NCBI RefSeq assembly: GCF_009914755.1
Contig: NC_060931.1
Direction: 5' to 3' (one strand)
DNA: 64,000 bases
Origin: the human T2T-CHM13v2.0 reference genome, Homo sapiens
Of the stretch, positions 22,301-37,590 are shown piece by piece (the stretch's first letter is position 1; every line of letters starts with the position of its first letter). The notes below the pieces were generated by a model. It had not been told where the DNA came from, made no database searches, and worked only from the letters and a program-made list of their open reading frames with translations. The position numbers and the translations under genes were made by a program.

Positions 22301-23539
22301 TTACTGTGCAACCATTTTACAACAGTTGGCAACTGACACAAGGGAAATAAATGTCTACTTCTCTGGTCTATGTAGCCTAAATGTCTCAGACAATCAGAGA
22401 GCCTCTTCCTAAATGGGGGAAGAAAACAACCCAGAGATGCAATCTGTGGCTGGGTCAGGATTGGTACACCGATGGAGAAGGCATTGTCAAGCTATGCAGC
22501 AAAGAATCAGGGTGCCTGTGACAGCTAGGCCTGGAGGCCCACATTCTTAACATAGTTGGAAAACCGAGGGTCTAGTCACATACACTTCTTTTTTTGCCAT
22601 TGGTAGAATGCTTTTCATTGCCCTAATTCTTAGTTTTTTTTTTTTTTAATTTTATTAAAAAAAAACTTGAAAGGAGCCTCAGAAGGCAGGTAAGACAACT
22701 TCATTGGTCCATTTGGTCTCATATAGCTCCTGGCATTCTCCCATTGTTCATACTTGTATTTTCTCAGCATTCTCCTTGACTGGAGTGCTCAGTTCCTGGC
22801 TCACCTGAAATATTTGCATACTTATCCCTTGCTTCTCAGCCTTCTGGCAAAGACTAAGTGGAGGCTATGTGTGTATATTGATGTGTTTAAGATCAAGGTT
22901 GGCATTTCTGTCATCTTTGTTGCCATTGATTAAAATAATTGAAAAAAAAGTTAGAGCTATAAAAAATTAGCAACAATTCAGCCCAATTTCTTCATTTCAA
23001 GAACCAAGGCCAGGAATGGTTCACTTTCTTCCTTCAAGAGTTAGTCACATGCCAGAGGCAGGTTCCCAAAGCAATTCTTAATAATGTCATATTAAATGTT
23101 TTTATTGAATTATTTGAGAAAAATTTTAATTGGAACTGATGCATTTCAAAAATTATGAAAATAAATGCTATTCCATAAAAATAAAATGTTAGTGCTAGTG
23201 CAATTGAGATTTAATCTGATTGCATATATTCTACGCTTCTTCCTATGTAATCTGTGGGACTGTACTGATGTGAAAAGATGAACAACGGTGTTGCAAAGAG
23301 ACGTGGAGAATCATTGACTTTAGGGTCTCTGGAATTGACTAGTAGGAAGAAGACCAGATGAGGAATTTTCTCAGGCAGTTCCAGAACCTCTTTCTAAGTG
23401 GGGGAAGGAAACAACCCACAGATTCATGCTGTGGTTGATAGATACTGGACCATAATTAACACATTGATAGAGAAAACATTCTAATACAGATTCCTAATAT
23501 ACCCTGATACAGATTCTCTCAGTTTTGGGTAAGGCTTAG

Positions 23540-23720
23540 AATGTAGAGCTGAAAAGTACTTTGGAGTTAATTTACTTCATCCCCTCATCCTTATTCCTTA
23601 AGAAAATGAACCAAAGAGTGATGAAGTGACTAATTCAAGATCACATAGCTAGTTTTAGGGGCACTTAAGAAGAGAATCCCAGACTTCGACTTTATGTCCT
23701 TCAGTATTTCTCCTACAATA
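23540..23720 (-). mobile_element. MIR fragment
   Basis: gtgatgaagtgactaattcaagatcacatagctagt reverse MIR. Confidence 0.55.
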
Positions 23721-26640
23721 AACTGCTCTCAGTCATTCAGTTTCTTGAAGTCTCAGTTTTCTAATATGTAAAGTGATGATTGCGGCATTTGGTTAACTAT
23801 TCAATAGAGTTGTTGAAAAGAATAACCTTTAATTAATGAGAGAGAAGACAAGATAGAGGGAGAAAGAGAGAAAAGTAGGGTTTACCATAACTTCATAGAG
23901 TAGGAATTATGAGTAAAACACTGCAAATTTAGTAGGTTGAAATGATCTTGATAGAAGGAATCACTTTACACAACTGTTTGAAAAGATCCCTCCTGGCATG
24001 GAAATAGAATTTTGGGGTGAGGTTAAGAAGGAGCAAATGACACATTCCATTCCTTAAACTAAATTTATAAATTGATTATTGTCTTGGGAGCATTCTTACT
24101 CATAAAACTGTAATTACATAAAGCATTCCCCTTACCATAAAGTAGCTTTTTGATTCTGATCTATTCATGATTTTTCCTTGATTTTTTTTTTCTTCCAAGG
24201 AGAAGGAGTTAACTTAATGAACATCTTGGGTTGTCTCTGTGGTCTAATAATTTAATGCTTATCTAAGAATTTTAGTATTTTGCATGGAAAGTGGTTAATG
24301 AGGACATAAAATTATTCATTTTTACCTGAATTCCAGATGAAATGATATGAGAGAAGGATGATTAATTTTATCATGTAGAGACTTCACTGGATTTTACAAA
24401 TTAAAGGCAAACACCCTTCACAAAAGTTCTTGGAGATGTGACAAACTGATTTATATTCCATTAATTTAACTCTATTTAGGCAGAATCATGGACTTCTGTA
24501 ATAAAACACAAAATTAATTAAATTGCCCAATAGTATAATTACAGTTTCATCAGTAGAGAAAACAACTTTGAGTGCCAGAGTTTAAAAATGTTAAACTGCA
24601 TTTTCAGTTTAATTTGGTTAAAAATGTGTAATTGTACTCTGCCCTGCCATCTTCTTTCTTCTAGAAACATTAATGCAAATGCAGTCACTGCTTTCCCCTA
24701 CTAATGACTTCAGCTTTGATTCCAGTCTACTAAACTTTTCCACTGTGGGTCCTCAAGACTGAAAGAGACTGAGGTTGGGGCAGCAAAAACATTGAAATGG
24801 AATGGAAAGGGTAAGGAAAATCTAGGGGAAAAGAGTAAGGATGTGCAGTAGATATAAAATCCCATTATGAAGTCTGCATGTCTGTAAAGAATATGACAGA
24901 AAGCAATATAGACCCAGATATGCAATAAATATTTGTTGCACGAATGAATTCGTGAATGAACATTGCAGGGCTGAAGATCCCTTGAAAATAAAAGCAAACA
25001 CGAGTTATATGAAACATGGGTGCTTAGCCAAACTGAGCTATGCTGTGACAACCCCAAAGGTTTAATTGAATAAGTGACTTTCTGTAGGATTACATTTCAA
25101 TGTGTGACCTTCCTTGTTTCCATGTTAGGTCTTCTGTTAGTTTTGTTCAGATGAGTAAATCAAAAGCTTATTTTTATACAAAAGAAGCTCAATAAATATT
25201 TAATTTACAAATGTAAGGATGATATAAATATATCATTTTTCCCTAGGCTAGATTTTTGAAGTTAAACTTTTGTTAATTATATATAAAATTTGTGCTTGCT
25301 TAAGCAGCACATAAAGTAAAAAAATTTTACCTGAAATTTATTATTTACTAATTTTGTACCTCTGATCTTTTTTATTCATTCTCCCTAATGGCCTTAGACT
25401 TCCCATTCCAAAAGAAGATGAAAGTAAAGAGGGACTGTCTTTATATCTATCTTTCCTCGTCCATTTAGTTGTTGCTGTTTTGGACTATATTTTTGTTAAG
25501 AATTAATTTTTTAAAATCAAGCAGTAGAGTACAAATTCAGGGGTTTGAGCCTTGATAGCAAACTTGACTCCTCTTTGCATGGCACTCTCCTTAGGATTTT
25601 CCTGAAGCAGGTTTGTTTAGTTAGTAATAGAATGTGATCAATGGGAAGGTTTGGATTCAATGAGAAGGCTATCTTTTACATTTTGCATTGACCATTGGAC
25701 ATGCCTAGCTCTGATCCCTCTAGATGAGTAGAAAGTTAGGGGAAATAAGCCAACAGTGTTTTGAATGGTTATTGCACTCCAGACTTTTGTTTATTGCTTA
25801 ATGGAAAGTAGAAAGAAAAACCACATGAGCCTTGCAACGGACATGCTTGAGTGTGAATCTCAGCACTCCCAATTATTGACCACCTATCTTTGGAAAAATT
25901 ATTCAACAACAGTCAAACATCTGTTGGCTAACTATAAAAAGGAAGATTGGAGTGATCATCTCCTAAGACTTTGTGAAAAATCAATGAAATAATCCATGTG
26001 AAAGTACCTGGCACTCACTCAGCAGGGCCTCATCACATTTCCTCAACTTCATTTCCCTTACTTTTGGCTATTTGTGTTTGGATCTTTTCAATATTAGGTA
26101 TTAAAAAACTGCCTTACACTGATGGATAAGTATTGGATGGACTAGAAATGTGGTAGCCATTGTCTCTTTGGAGGGTTATGAAAATACACAAAGATTGGAG
26201 AATTGCTTGGAGAAGATCTCAGCACTGGGTTGCAGAGGAAGAGAACATTTGGGGAGTGAACCATGCCCCCTTGCATTCAGTCTCTAATTGTTCAGTTTTC
26301 AATTCTCCATCCTCCCTCTGTCACATTACATGGTTAGGAAGAGATTACAGTTGGCACAAATCCCTTTCTCATTCTCCAGGTTGTATTTTTTTTCCTTTCT
26401 CTCTTCTTTTGCTTAAAACACCAGTTGAAGAAAGAGTAACTTCAGTTACTCCCAAGCTCTAAGGTGGAGAGAGAAATAGAAAACATAAAAGAATTAAGGA
26501 GACTTGAAGACAGAGGAAGCCTTTGTAGAGACTCTGAAGATGGTATTATTAATGTGAAGTAGATAGCGTTATCTAGGTCACTGTATTTTCCTCAAATCCA
26601 AATAGCTTTGTTGTTTTGCTCACTTTAAGAATAAACACAC

Positions 26641-26999
<359 letters not shown>

Positions 27000-27169
27000 T
27001 CAAACACCATTTAACACAAATGGAGTCATACTCCACAAGCTACTTGGGGTTTATATGTAGTATATTATTTTTATATTAATATAGATGTTCTTTTCTTAAA
27101 AACATTACTCTTTTAAATGACCACACTGTTATGTATATCTATATATCTATATCTCTATCTCTCTGTCTA

Positions 27170-27456
<287 letters not shown>

Positions 27457-27489
27457 TTGTATTATAATTTATAAATATTTTATGTATTT

Positions 27490-27715
27490 AAAGAACATAT
27501 ATGTGCTAGGCACTTTACAAATGTTAACTCATTTAATCTAGATAACACCTCCCTGGTAATAGGTTCTGCTATTGTCATCACTGAGAAATGGAGAAAAAAC
27601 TGAAGGATACAGAGGTCAAATAGCTTCCCACAGTCACTCAGCTAATGATGACAGAACTGAGATTCAAATGCAGGAAAGCTGGCTCCACAGACTGCTCTTA
27701 ACTGCTAAGCTATGC
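27490..27715 (-). mobile_element. MIR
   Basis: tgtgctaggcactttaca...aactcatttaatct...aactgaagga...gaactgagattcaaatgcagg. Confidence 0.7.
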
Positions 27716-27719
27716 TCCT

Positions 27720-28860
27720 TCCAGTCTCCTATTGATGAACATTTACATTATTTTCAGTTTTATGGTTTGTATCAGAGAAAATGCTGATCCCACAATGTAT
27801 AGATATCTCAAAACAACGTGTTGTACATGACATATACAATTTTTATTTGCCAATGAAAAAATAAAACAGAATACTTGAGATGAATACCTTTGCATATTTC
27901 ATTTATCCTTTTACTCTTATCACTGTTATTTATCTGTGTATCATTTTGCATTTACTTAGTTATTTCCTTTGGATAAATTGCTAAAAGAGGAATTGCTGGA
28001 TTGAGAGGCTTATTTTATAGTTAGACTAATAAAATCTCAAAGTTTGAAGAGACATTACAGACTACCATGTTGCTGCCCAGCTTCTCTTTAATCTCTTACT
28101 TGAGGTAGGTGTTACATAGATTCCTTTCTCTTTTGTAATCTCCCTTCTAGCCCAGAAAATTCTTTACTTTTTAAGTAAACATTGGAATTTACTGACAAAT
28201 ATAATTCATAAGTTTAGGGGTAATTCTTCAGTCATAGCCAAGGCAATGGAAAATAAGCCTTTTATAATAGATCTGAAATTCTCAAAAGTGAAATACATAC
28301 TGCTCCTTTAAAACACAAATTGAGGCATATTTACATATACTGACACTTCCTTCTTTTTCACTTACCATCTTGGAGGTATTACCAAATGGTATCTATAAAT
28401 GTATCTTTTTTTTTTTCATGGCCACATAGTATTTTTTTTATCATGAACTGTAATTTACTTATTGAAGTCCTCAAATAGACATTTATATTTTTTAACCCTT
28501 TGAAAATATAAACAGTGTTGCAATGACTACATATACACTCTTTCATGTGCAGTTATATTAGTATTATAAATTCTTGGAAGTGAACTTGCTGGGTCAAGGA
28601 TATGCCAATTTAAAATTTTGATAGATATTTCCAAATTGCCATTCAAAAGTTTTGTCCCAAGTTATGTTTCCACCAAGAATGTATATGAGAGCTGTTTTTC
28701 ATATCCTTTCCAACTTTTTGATTATTAGTATTTTCTTAGATTAAAAAATAGCTACTTATTTCAATTATTTGCATTTACTTAATTTTGAGTGAGGTTGAGT
28801 ACCTTTTACGTGCCTAAGGCCATTTATATTGCTTTGTTCTATGGACTGTTCATTCCCTTT
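27720..28860 (-). mobile_element. Fragmented ancient L1M (L1ME-like) 3' region, with a short + strand L1MA-like 3' tip at ~27787-27866
   Basis: ttgctgggtcaaggatatg...ttttgatagatatttccaaattgcc...ttccaccaagaatgtatatgagag...gtgaggttgag motifs. Confidence 0.65.
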
Positions 28861-29149
28861 TTGAGTTAGTCACTTAAGCTTTCTAAGTTTAGTTTCCTTA
28901 TCTGTAAAATGAAGGTTTTGAGGGATTAAAGATTATCTAAGGGGTTTTGTACAGTGTCTGGCAGAAAATAGGCAATTAATATAAATGTTGACTATTGCTG
29001 GCATTATTTCTCCTACTCCATACTTGCATCTTTGTCTGTCATTTGGACCTTTCTTAGGAGTTCCTGATTCATATTTCTATTCACATATTTTGTTCAAAAC
29101 CATATGTTCCCAGAGACGTCTCTCCTCTTCCTCCTCCTCCTTTTCTTTG

Positions 29150-29700
29150 TTCTCTACCTTAGTGGCTCTTAAGTGCTCCTGCATAATCAGGTTTGACAAT
29201 TCTCAGTGCTCTTGGTCCTTCACTCCTCACTCTTCCTTCTCCCCCATATCTAATCAGCTGCCAAATTGTATCAGTTCCACTTTAATAATCTATCTCCATT
29301 TAACCTCCTTCTTTCTTAGCCATCCCTAGACATCTTTATATCCCCCCGTAAAACCTTTTACCAACAATGTATGAGAGGTCCTTATCTGTGACCACTTGCC
29401 ACTTCCATCTATCATTTTCACTCTTTTAGGAATATTTCTTTATGAAAACAAAGATGCTAGTATGCATCTTTTTCAAATTATTTGATAGCCATCTGCTGCT
29501 CATAGGTTAAAGTCCAAACTCCTGAGTCAGACATTCAAAGCATCTTGCAATTTTAATCTTCCAGTCTTTTTACCCCACTACACTAATTCTTTCATGATCC
29601 CAAAATGTCTTCCTGATATTTAACCATCCTAATCAATCTTTTGTCTGCTCCCTACACATGCTCAAGGCACCTCCTTAACATATATCACTTGCCTGTAGGA
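29150..29700 (+). mobile_element. L2 fragments
   Basis: cccccatatctaatcagctgccaaattgt and ataggttaaagtccaaactcctgagtcagacattcaaagc are L2-typical. Confidence 0.55.
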
Positions 29701-31954
29701 GTCAAGAAGATCTAGATTTGAATTCTGTTTAGTTCTGTTAAGGCAACCTAGAAAAGATAACCAATTTCCTCGTTTATTAAAATCTAGGACAATAAAGGTG
29801 GAATGATGCTTCTACAGAGTTTAGTGGAGTGAGAGGCACAGAGCAAATGTGTAATGCGTGTAGTGTTTTTTTTTTGTACTTGAATACTATTATTGATAGC
29901 TTATCTGGAAATGTTTTACTCTCCTAAGAATTCATATAGCAAGTGTATCACTCATTGGGATGGCATCCTTTATAGCCAAGGATTCATATGCCCATGTTCT
30001 GGAAGGCCTGAAAGTTAGCCTAAGTAGTTTAGACTGTGGACTTTTGATGTTTTTTTGAATGAGGGAGGGAAGGACCAAAATGTGCTTTGGGAAACAAATC
30101 TGGCAGCCTAAAATAATCCAGATGGGAGAGAAGGAGACACGAAGACCTATTAAGAGGCGGATATAGATACCAGGACTTGGGAAGGAGAACAATTCTAACT
30201 AGAAACAGTGGGACTTAGAAAGGACAACAGGAAAATTTATAGTATAGGGGATCTCCCCAAAATCTAAAAGAAAAGCTTTCAATTGCACAAGGAGGTCTCA
30301 GTTTGATGGAGAAGTATGGGTAAAATCCAGCTGAAACCCCCAGAGGATTATTATAGCATCTTTACAGAAACATTTTTCTACTGGAATTTCTGTTATAGCC
30401 CCCTTTCAGTGTGATCTATATAAAGAATTTAGAATAGTGGAATTTTCTACTCGCTCCTCTATGCTCAGGTGACATTGGGGATTGTGCCTCCTGAAGGATT
30501 AATTACCTTTTATAAGGCCTCTCACCCCTGAAAGGCTTCCTTTTAGGTCATGGTCCAGCTCAGCCTGGGTTGAGTTGGGAAGGATTGTATGTGGGATGCC
30601 TGCAGTGTCCCTGACAAGTAGATAGATGAGCTCTCATTTCTCATATTGTGCTATTAGGCTCCCAAGCTAGTGTAGCGCAAGATACCAGGAAAGTATTGCA
30701 AAGCAGGGGGCATTTTCACGGTCGCTTTCCAGCTGTTGGCTGTTAGCAACAACATCCATTCTGCTGCTGACACTCTGCTCTCCCTGGTGGCACTTACACT
30801 TAGAAATTATTTAAACCACTTAAAGACAGTAGAATATTTAAAAGTCAAAATGCCTGCTTTCTAATTATTCCCTAGACCTCACTTAGCAATAGCTGGCTTC
30901 ATGTCACACAACATGACTCTCATGGGGATTACAGTAGCCCCCTGAACAGAAGTGATGGTGTTGGCATGCTACTAACTAAACTGGAGACTGTTGCGTCCAC
31001 AGCCTTGAAAAGCAAAGAGAATCCCCTTCTGTCCCCCATGTACTGCAAAGTCTCTAATTCAGAGGATAGGGCAATTTCAATGGGTTGTTCTTAGGTGGTT
31101 GGGGGAATCTTGAGGCTATTCCTTGACTCGCTTTAATTCACTCAGGTCATTCCTAATGAAATGATCTGTGAAAAATGTGAAGTAGTGTAAAGGGGATTTG
31201 GTACTGTTGGCTTCTCTTGACCCTCACTGACTTTTGTGAGTACCTTGAAAAGTCATTAAAAAATACAAAAGGATTAATGAGTTAAAGGAAATCAAGACTG
31301 GGACCATGATATTATCAGGAAGTTTGTTGAATGAGCTTTTGAATTTGCTTTGTTAAATCTTGAAAATGGCATTAAGCAGCTAATGGAGTTGATATATTAA
31401 ATACAACGCTAGTCTGTATACAAGATGGACACTAGCTAATCAGTGATGTGCTACATCAATTGGTATGGGAACGATGAGCTCTTTTTATTAGGTCAGCAGA
31501 ACCAGTGATGTATGGAAGCACTAAAATGAAGGAACAGATTAGGCTGCTCTTTGCAATTTTAATTATGAATTTTTATGAACAGAAAAATGTAGACATTTTT
31601 GACTGCAAGAATAAAGGTGTCTGCAACATTTGCTGGAGTTCTGATCTATTCATGTTCTTTTTTCTTTAGCCTCACACCTAGATAAAGACTCGAAGGGACA
31701 TTGTAAATTAACGTATTCTTAGTTTTTAGTATATCATTAAGGAAGATGGTGTGGGGAAAATCCTTTCATCTGATGGCTTGTGATATTACTCATATTACCT
31801 ATTTTTAAAAAAGTAAATGACCTAAAACTTTATACCTTGAAGAAACTTTGGGAAGTCAAGTTCTAGTCTTTCGTTCCCTTGTCTTGAAAATTTACTTTTC
31901 TTTCTGTTTCCGATCTGCCCCTCCCACCCTGCCCAGCTCCATTTTGTGGTTGGG

Positions 31955-32205
31955 AGGTGGTATAGGATAGTGGTAATGAGCACAGGGTCTAGAGTCATTA
32001 GAGCTGATGGGAATGTGGACTCTACCACTTGCTAACTATGTGACCTGGGACCATTTCCTTAATTTTTCCAAACCATAGTAGTTTCTGCATCTGTAAAATG
32101 GAGATAATAGCCTCCCCTCCTTCCAGGGCTGTTGTGAGGATGAATAATATAAATGCAAGAAATATACAGCAGCTAGCACACTGACACTCAGTGTTCAGTG
32201 AATTT
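31955..32205 (+). mobile_element. MIR
   Basis: ctctaccacttgctaactatgtgacctggg...catctgtaaaatggagataatag...gttgtgaggat. Confidence 0.8.
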
Positions 32206-34894
32206 AAAAAATTATTTGGTATATGAATCTTGGAAAGTCTTCCTATTATAGAGTACTTTCTTTTTTATATGAAAGTCCGTCACTACTTTGGGTCTCTTGG
32301 ATTTTTCTGATAATGATACTTAAAGTATGCCCAAGTTTAACTAAAATCTGGTTTAAAAGGTCAATGTATTTTATAGATCTATGAAAGGGTATTAATAGCT
32401 AAAGACTGTGAAATGAGGAGCCACAGAAACATCAGGTGATGAAGCCTCTTCTGGAATTCTCCCTAAGGTCATATCATGCACATTTACATATAGTTGGCAT
32501 ATGATTTACAGAAGCTTCCTGTCTGTTCTGAGATATTTTTAACTTATGCTTTTATTATGGCTCCCCTTAGGACACTAATTTCCTGAGTTTCCCTAATCTT
32601 CTTTCAGACTATCTTACATCTTACACTCTTTATGTTGTTAACTTTCTAAAAACATGAGCCTGAGATAGTAGATATATAAGTTAAGTGAGGGATATATAGC
32701 GGTGGGGGCTAGCACATACCTTTGACTGGGCTTCTTAACCTGTAAATGAAAATGTTGCATTTTGGGTCTAGCATCTTTAGATCTTGTGAGAGGATCTTGG
32801 AAGTTCAGGGGAATCAGGTTGAAACTATGACCAGTTAGTTAATACAGTGGTCAGTAACAAGATAGCAACCTCTTTCAATTTAGAACATTTTATTTAAAGT
32901 GAGTAATCATGAATACACATTTCCTTAGAAGAAAGGAGTTATCAGGTGTTCTGCCTGTTTTCTTCTAGAAAATTTATTATCAAGCATGGCTATTTATTTT
33001 GAGTCAGCTTCTAAGTTTTTCGGGCATTGTATACTATCAGTATTATTGATTGTACTCTGTAGGAATGCCTGTAATTTGTATGCAGTTAATTAATAAAGTT
33101 TATTGAGCATTTAGTTGTGAGATAAATTGCGCAAAAAGAAAAATTTGTGATCCATCCATACTCCATTTAAATAAAACAAGAAAGATAAGGAAAATGGTTT
33201 GTGCCATGTTTTAATATACTTTCACCAAAATTTCTAAAACAAAGCAGGCTATAGAATAAATAATCAATATAAATGCTTCCAGAATGTAGCATATGAGATA
33301 TTCTATAAAGATAAATCTAGAACTTGGCTAGAGCATTAAAAATAAAGTTAGACAAATGTCAGACAAATGGCCAAGTAAGAATGATCTTTCCTTGGAGTTT
33401 TCCTAAAATGGTTACATAGGTGAGTTTAGACAGTTGAAGGGGATTTAAACCCAGTTCAGAAATTTAAAGCCTATTCACATTTTATCTTGAAAAATGTCTT
33501 CTTTGAAAATGCTGACCGTTAGATAAAAGCTATGCTTGCAACAATCTGCATCTGTTTTACTATATCTCATTTTAAGATATTTTGTCCATGAATATAAAAT
33601 CTTTTGCTTTGCTTTTTGGTTTTGAATTTGTGTTGTGTAATCAAAGATAATATCCCATGTCCTGCTATCTTATTTTTCATCAATACTCAACCAATGATCA
33701 GGAAACTATGGCCTGGGATTCTTTTCTGTACCTTAGGATGTGTACACTCCCTGGAAGTCTCCAAGATAATACTGGCTTTGGAAAGTTCAAAGCTTGGGGT
33801 TAAGTTTCTATGTTGCTTGCAGGTGACTGATTGAAAATGCTTTTTTTATTTGTAAGTTTTTCCCTAATGGTTAAGTTGTTATGATAGTTCAGTTCTTAGA
33901 TTTGAGCGACTATTCTAGTTGTGCTAGTGTAAAAGACAGTGTAAAAAATTACCCAAGATAATAAAATTATGGAAAGGTAGTTTCATCTAAAATAATTTAT
34001 TTTCTTCTATTTCTGGAAAAGTATATAAGGCAATTTTTAAGACTGTTAAATTTTTATCTGTGATTTTGAGACCATTTCTTTTCCATGCAATTGATATAAC
34101 AATCTTGTTTTTAACTGAATGCTCATGTTGAAATTCTTATTTTTAATTCATAAATTTGAAGTTTACATAAAAAGTAGATTTAAGTATCTTTAAGATACAG
34201 AAAAAAGAAATATTAAAATGTAGAAAAAGGATGTCAATTTTCTTAGAGTCCCATATTATACAAAGAAAGGGGTGAATGTTATTTTTTTAAAAAAGTACCA
34301 TTATAGTGATTTTTTTGGGAAATTCTACAATCTCTGAAATTTAAATTCTTGGACTATTTTAGACTTTCACATGAATTTATCTAGACTTTGAAAATGACTT
34401 CTATAGTGACCCATGGACTTTCTGTGATAATAGTCACATGAACATTAAAAAAAAATCTTTATTTGCTAACACATTTTTATTGAGTATTTACCGCCAGACA
34501 CTGTGCTGGATGATTTAGCTCCAGCTCAGCAGCTCTCAGTTTTGTGAGTATAATCAACTAGGATCTAATGACAGAGAGCGTCAAATGTATATGTGCTCTC
34601 AGTTTCTTTTCTAAGTCCTGAACAATCGTTCCCTCTCCTCTCATCCTTTCATGAAACTACTAGTCTTTTATCTCTCTCTTTCAAAGTATGGTCCCAGGAA
34701 ACAGTCAGATAATCAGATAACTTACATCTTATATTGAATAAGCTAACTTCATTATGAAGGTTACCAGGGATCTTTACACTTTAATTCTATCGAATTGTGG
34801 ATTGAAATGCACACTATGATGAGGGTAAAATACACACTATTACTATTATTGCTAACTATAGAAGTCTTCCATATGTATGATAACTACCAAAGAC

Positions 34895-35105
34895 TAGACA
34901 TGCTGGGCATTTAATATACATTGTCTCTAATCCATGCAACAATGTTTGTGAAATGTCATTATCCTTACTCTCAGTTTACAGATAAGGAAACTGAGCTTCA
35001 GTGATACTGGCTTGCTAAAGTCCATATGGCTAATTATTAGAAGAGCTGCAATTCTTTCCTAATTCTGACTGCTTCCAAAGCCCATGTCCCTCTCATTCTA
35101 CTAAA
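34895..35105 (-). mobile_element. MIR
   Basis: cagtttacagataaggaaactgagc reverse core. Confidence 0.7.
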
Positions 35106-37319
35106 CTGACCTCCAACTGTATCTTAACATTGCATACATTAGACAATATGGATTATATGTCTTGTGTATGTAGTTGACATGCATGCACTACAGGAATCCA
35201 GCTCAGGTATGGTCAAATTGGTTGAAAGTACTTTTGGGCTGAGTTTAGCTTAAGCATCTAGAGTTGGCCATGGCCCAACATGTCAGGCTTACAAAGAAAA
35301 GTCTATTTCCCATTTACACTGTACTTTTATCGCTGGATAGATTATGCAGAGATCTACATTGACTCTTAAGTTGGCTGAACTGTGGATTTCTATCATTTGA
35401 TGCACATATAAGTGATGTTAATACATGTCAACCAAGAATGAGAGGGAAGTTTTTGATATGTGGTCAAGAGTAACAGACTAACATTCTTGAAGACGCCTGA
35501 ATTTTTTGAAATAATTTTCCTACAAAGGGAAACATTTTGCTTTGTTCAAGTTGTGGCTGTTCCCTAGATTCTCAGAAATTCATATTTTGCTTGAAGCTGA
35601 ATCACTTCTGAATATTAGACCATTTAGGGCAAACTTTAGCTTTGTAGGGAAAAAATGCAGAGTAGGAACAGATCTCAGGAAAAGGTAGACCTGGTGCCTG
35701 GCTAAGCCAGTGGTGAAGTGTCAAACCTTTACTGGAAGTTCATGAGAGGGTGAGCATGAAATAAACACCCACCTTTAACACTCTTGCTTAGGCATTTCAT
35801 AGCCTGGTTTACATATGTATTAGTATGATGGCTGTTTATCAAATTCTTTAAAATGTCCTGTCAACTTGTCACCATAAAAACATTGTTGCAAATGTCCTAC
35901 TTTTGTAGCATGTTTTCAAGGCTGGCAATTGTGAACAGTCTTCGTCTTCACCAGCTATGGCTCTGCGATGATGAAAATTGATTTTTTTTTTTAAGAAGAA
36001 GGAAATAGCAGAATGGCCTAGACATGGGAATGGGATCTTATAAAATTCTATGGTTCAGAGAGGATCTTACAAATTTTTCTGGAGGTTAGGGCAAGAACAG
36101 GAAAAGTGAACAGCTAATTGGAACGTCTTGGGTTTCATTTTTTTGGGTGATTGGGGTAGTGGGCAGATACAAAGTGATAGCATTTGGGTTTTCAGTGAGT
36201 TTATATCTGAAAATCAGAGCTAGTGCAGTAGGCCTGGTTTTACCCAAATTGCATTTGAATGACTTATGTGGAACTGCCGAGTTTAGCGTCTCAAAATTAA
36301 AGAAAACAATGGGATGTGGTCACCTTTAAATGTTACTCTTTAAGGCAGAGATCAGGCCAATGTGGCGGTACTCTACAAGAAAAGCTGTGCTTAAGGGAAT
36401 TTATAAGTGGAATGAACCCTCACTCTGAGGGGAAGGATTTGTGAAGAGTAAAAACTCTGGGTCACACGAATATCATTAACATAGAAGATATATTCTTATA
36501 AAACTGACCTTTAGTTTAGAAGAGGGTTGGAAGGACAGAGGGTTAAGGATGAGTATTAAAAAATCACAGTCTCAATTCTGCTACTTAAGATGGGAACTGC
36601 TGAATCAATGGCTGCTTTGGAAATGGGTTGTAAATACAACAGCAGACAACCTCCCTTAGGAACTCATTTTGTTGCTTCCTACAGAAAAGATCTTGACTTG
36701 GCATGGAACAGTAGGAGGAAGGATTCATCCATGGCCTTCAACTAACTAGAGAAATCACTTTTTACCTTTTTATTCTTGAACTACCTATATTTATTTTTTT
36801 CTTCCCTGGAGACTAGAGCAAAATCTTTGTGAAGGTTTTTCTTTACTCATGAAAACAAGTACGCTATTACTCTTACATTTCTCATTTTTAACATGTTTCA
36901 CTGATGTTCCTTTGTTCAACTATACAGGAGAGCATCTTAAATTCTTTTCATTTAAAATAACAAGTTACAAAAACAGTAGGTAGAGTATAATCTCATGGTA
37001 AATGGTGTTTACCATAAAGCTAACATTGATATTTTTCCTGAGAGAGACATTATGGGTAATTTTAATTCATTTATTATTTTTTTGATATCCTACACGATGG
37101 CCATAAAAATTTAAAATATAAATAATATTATTTTATCATATTTATAATATAGTAGCAATAAGCCATTATTTCATATCCCAAACACAGTAGCTATTATTTT
37201 ATTTCCATAGGTGATGTGTCTTCTTTTTGTGCTAAGGATATATAAAAATAACTTACTGATATAGGTATATTCATATTGGAACTGTACAAATTTGTAATAA
37301 TTGTGCTTTGACTTGTACA

Positions 37320-37590
37320 ACAGCTCTGCTTCTGTTTGACTTTGTTCAAGTCATTTAAGCCCTTGGGGATTGTTTCCTCATCTGTATAATAAGAGACTGC
37401 AATAAATGATCTCTAAGGCCCTTCTAAAATTCTGTGATTTCATGAGTGAACACATTCTTCAAAGTACTTTGATATTCATGATTTCATTTGATTCCTTGAC
37501 CACCTGGTGAGGGAGATAACAACATTGCCATTTTACAAATGAGAGACTGAGCCAACGAGGGGTTGGGTGGTTTGTCCAAAGTCACCCTGA
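37320..37590. mobile_element. Two MIR fragments in opposite orientation (~37320-37440 +, ~37520-37590 -)
   Basis: caagtcatttaa...gtttcctcatctgta; ccattttacaaatgagagactgag...gtccaaagtcac. Confidence 0.6.
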
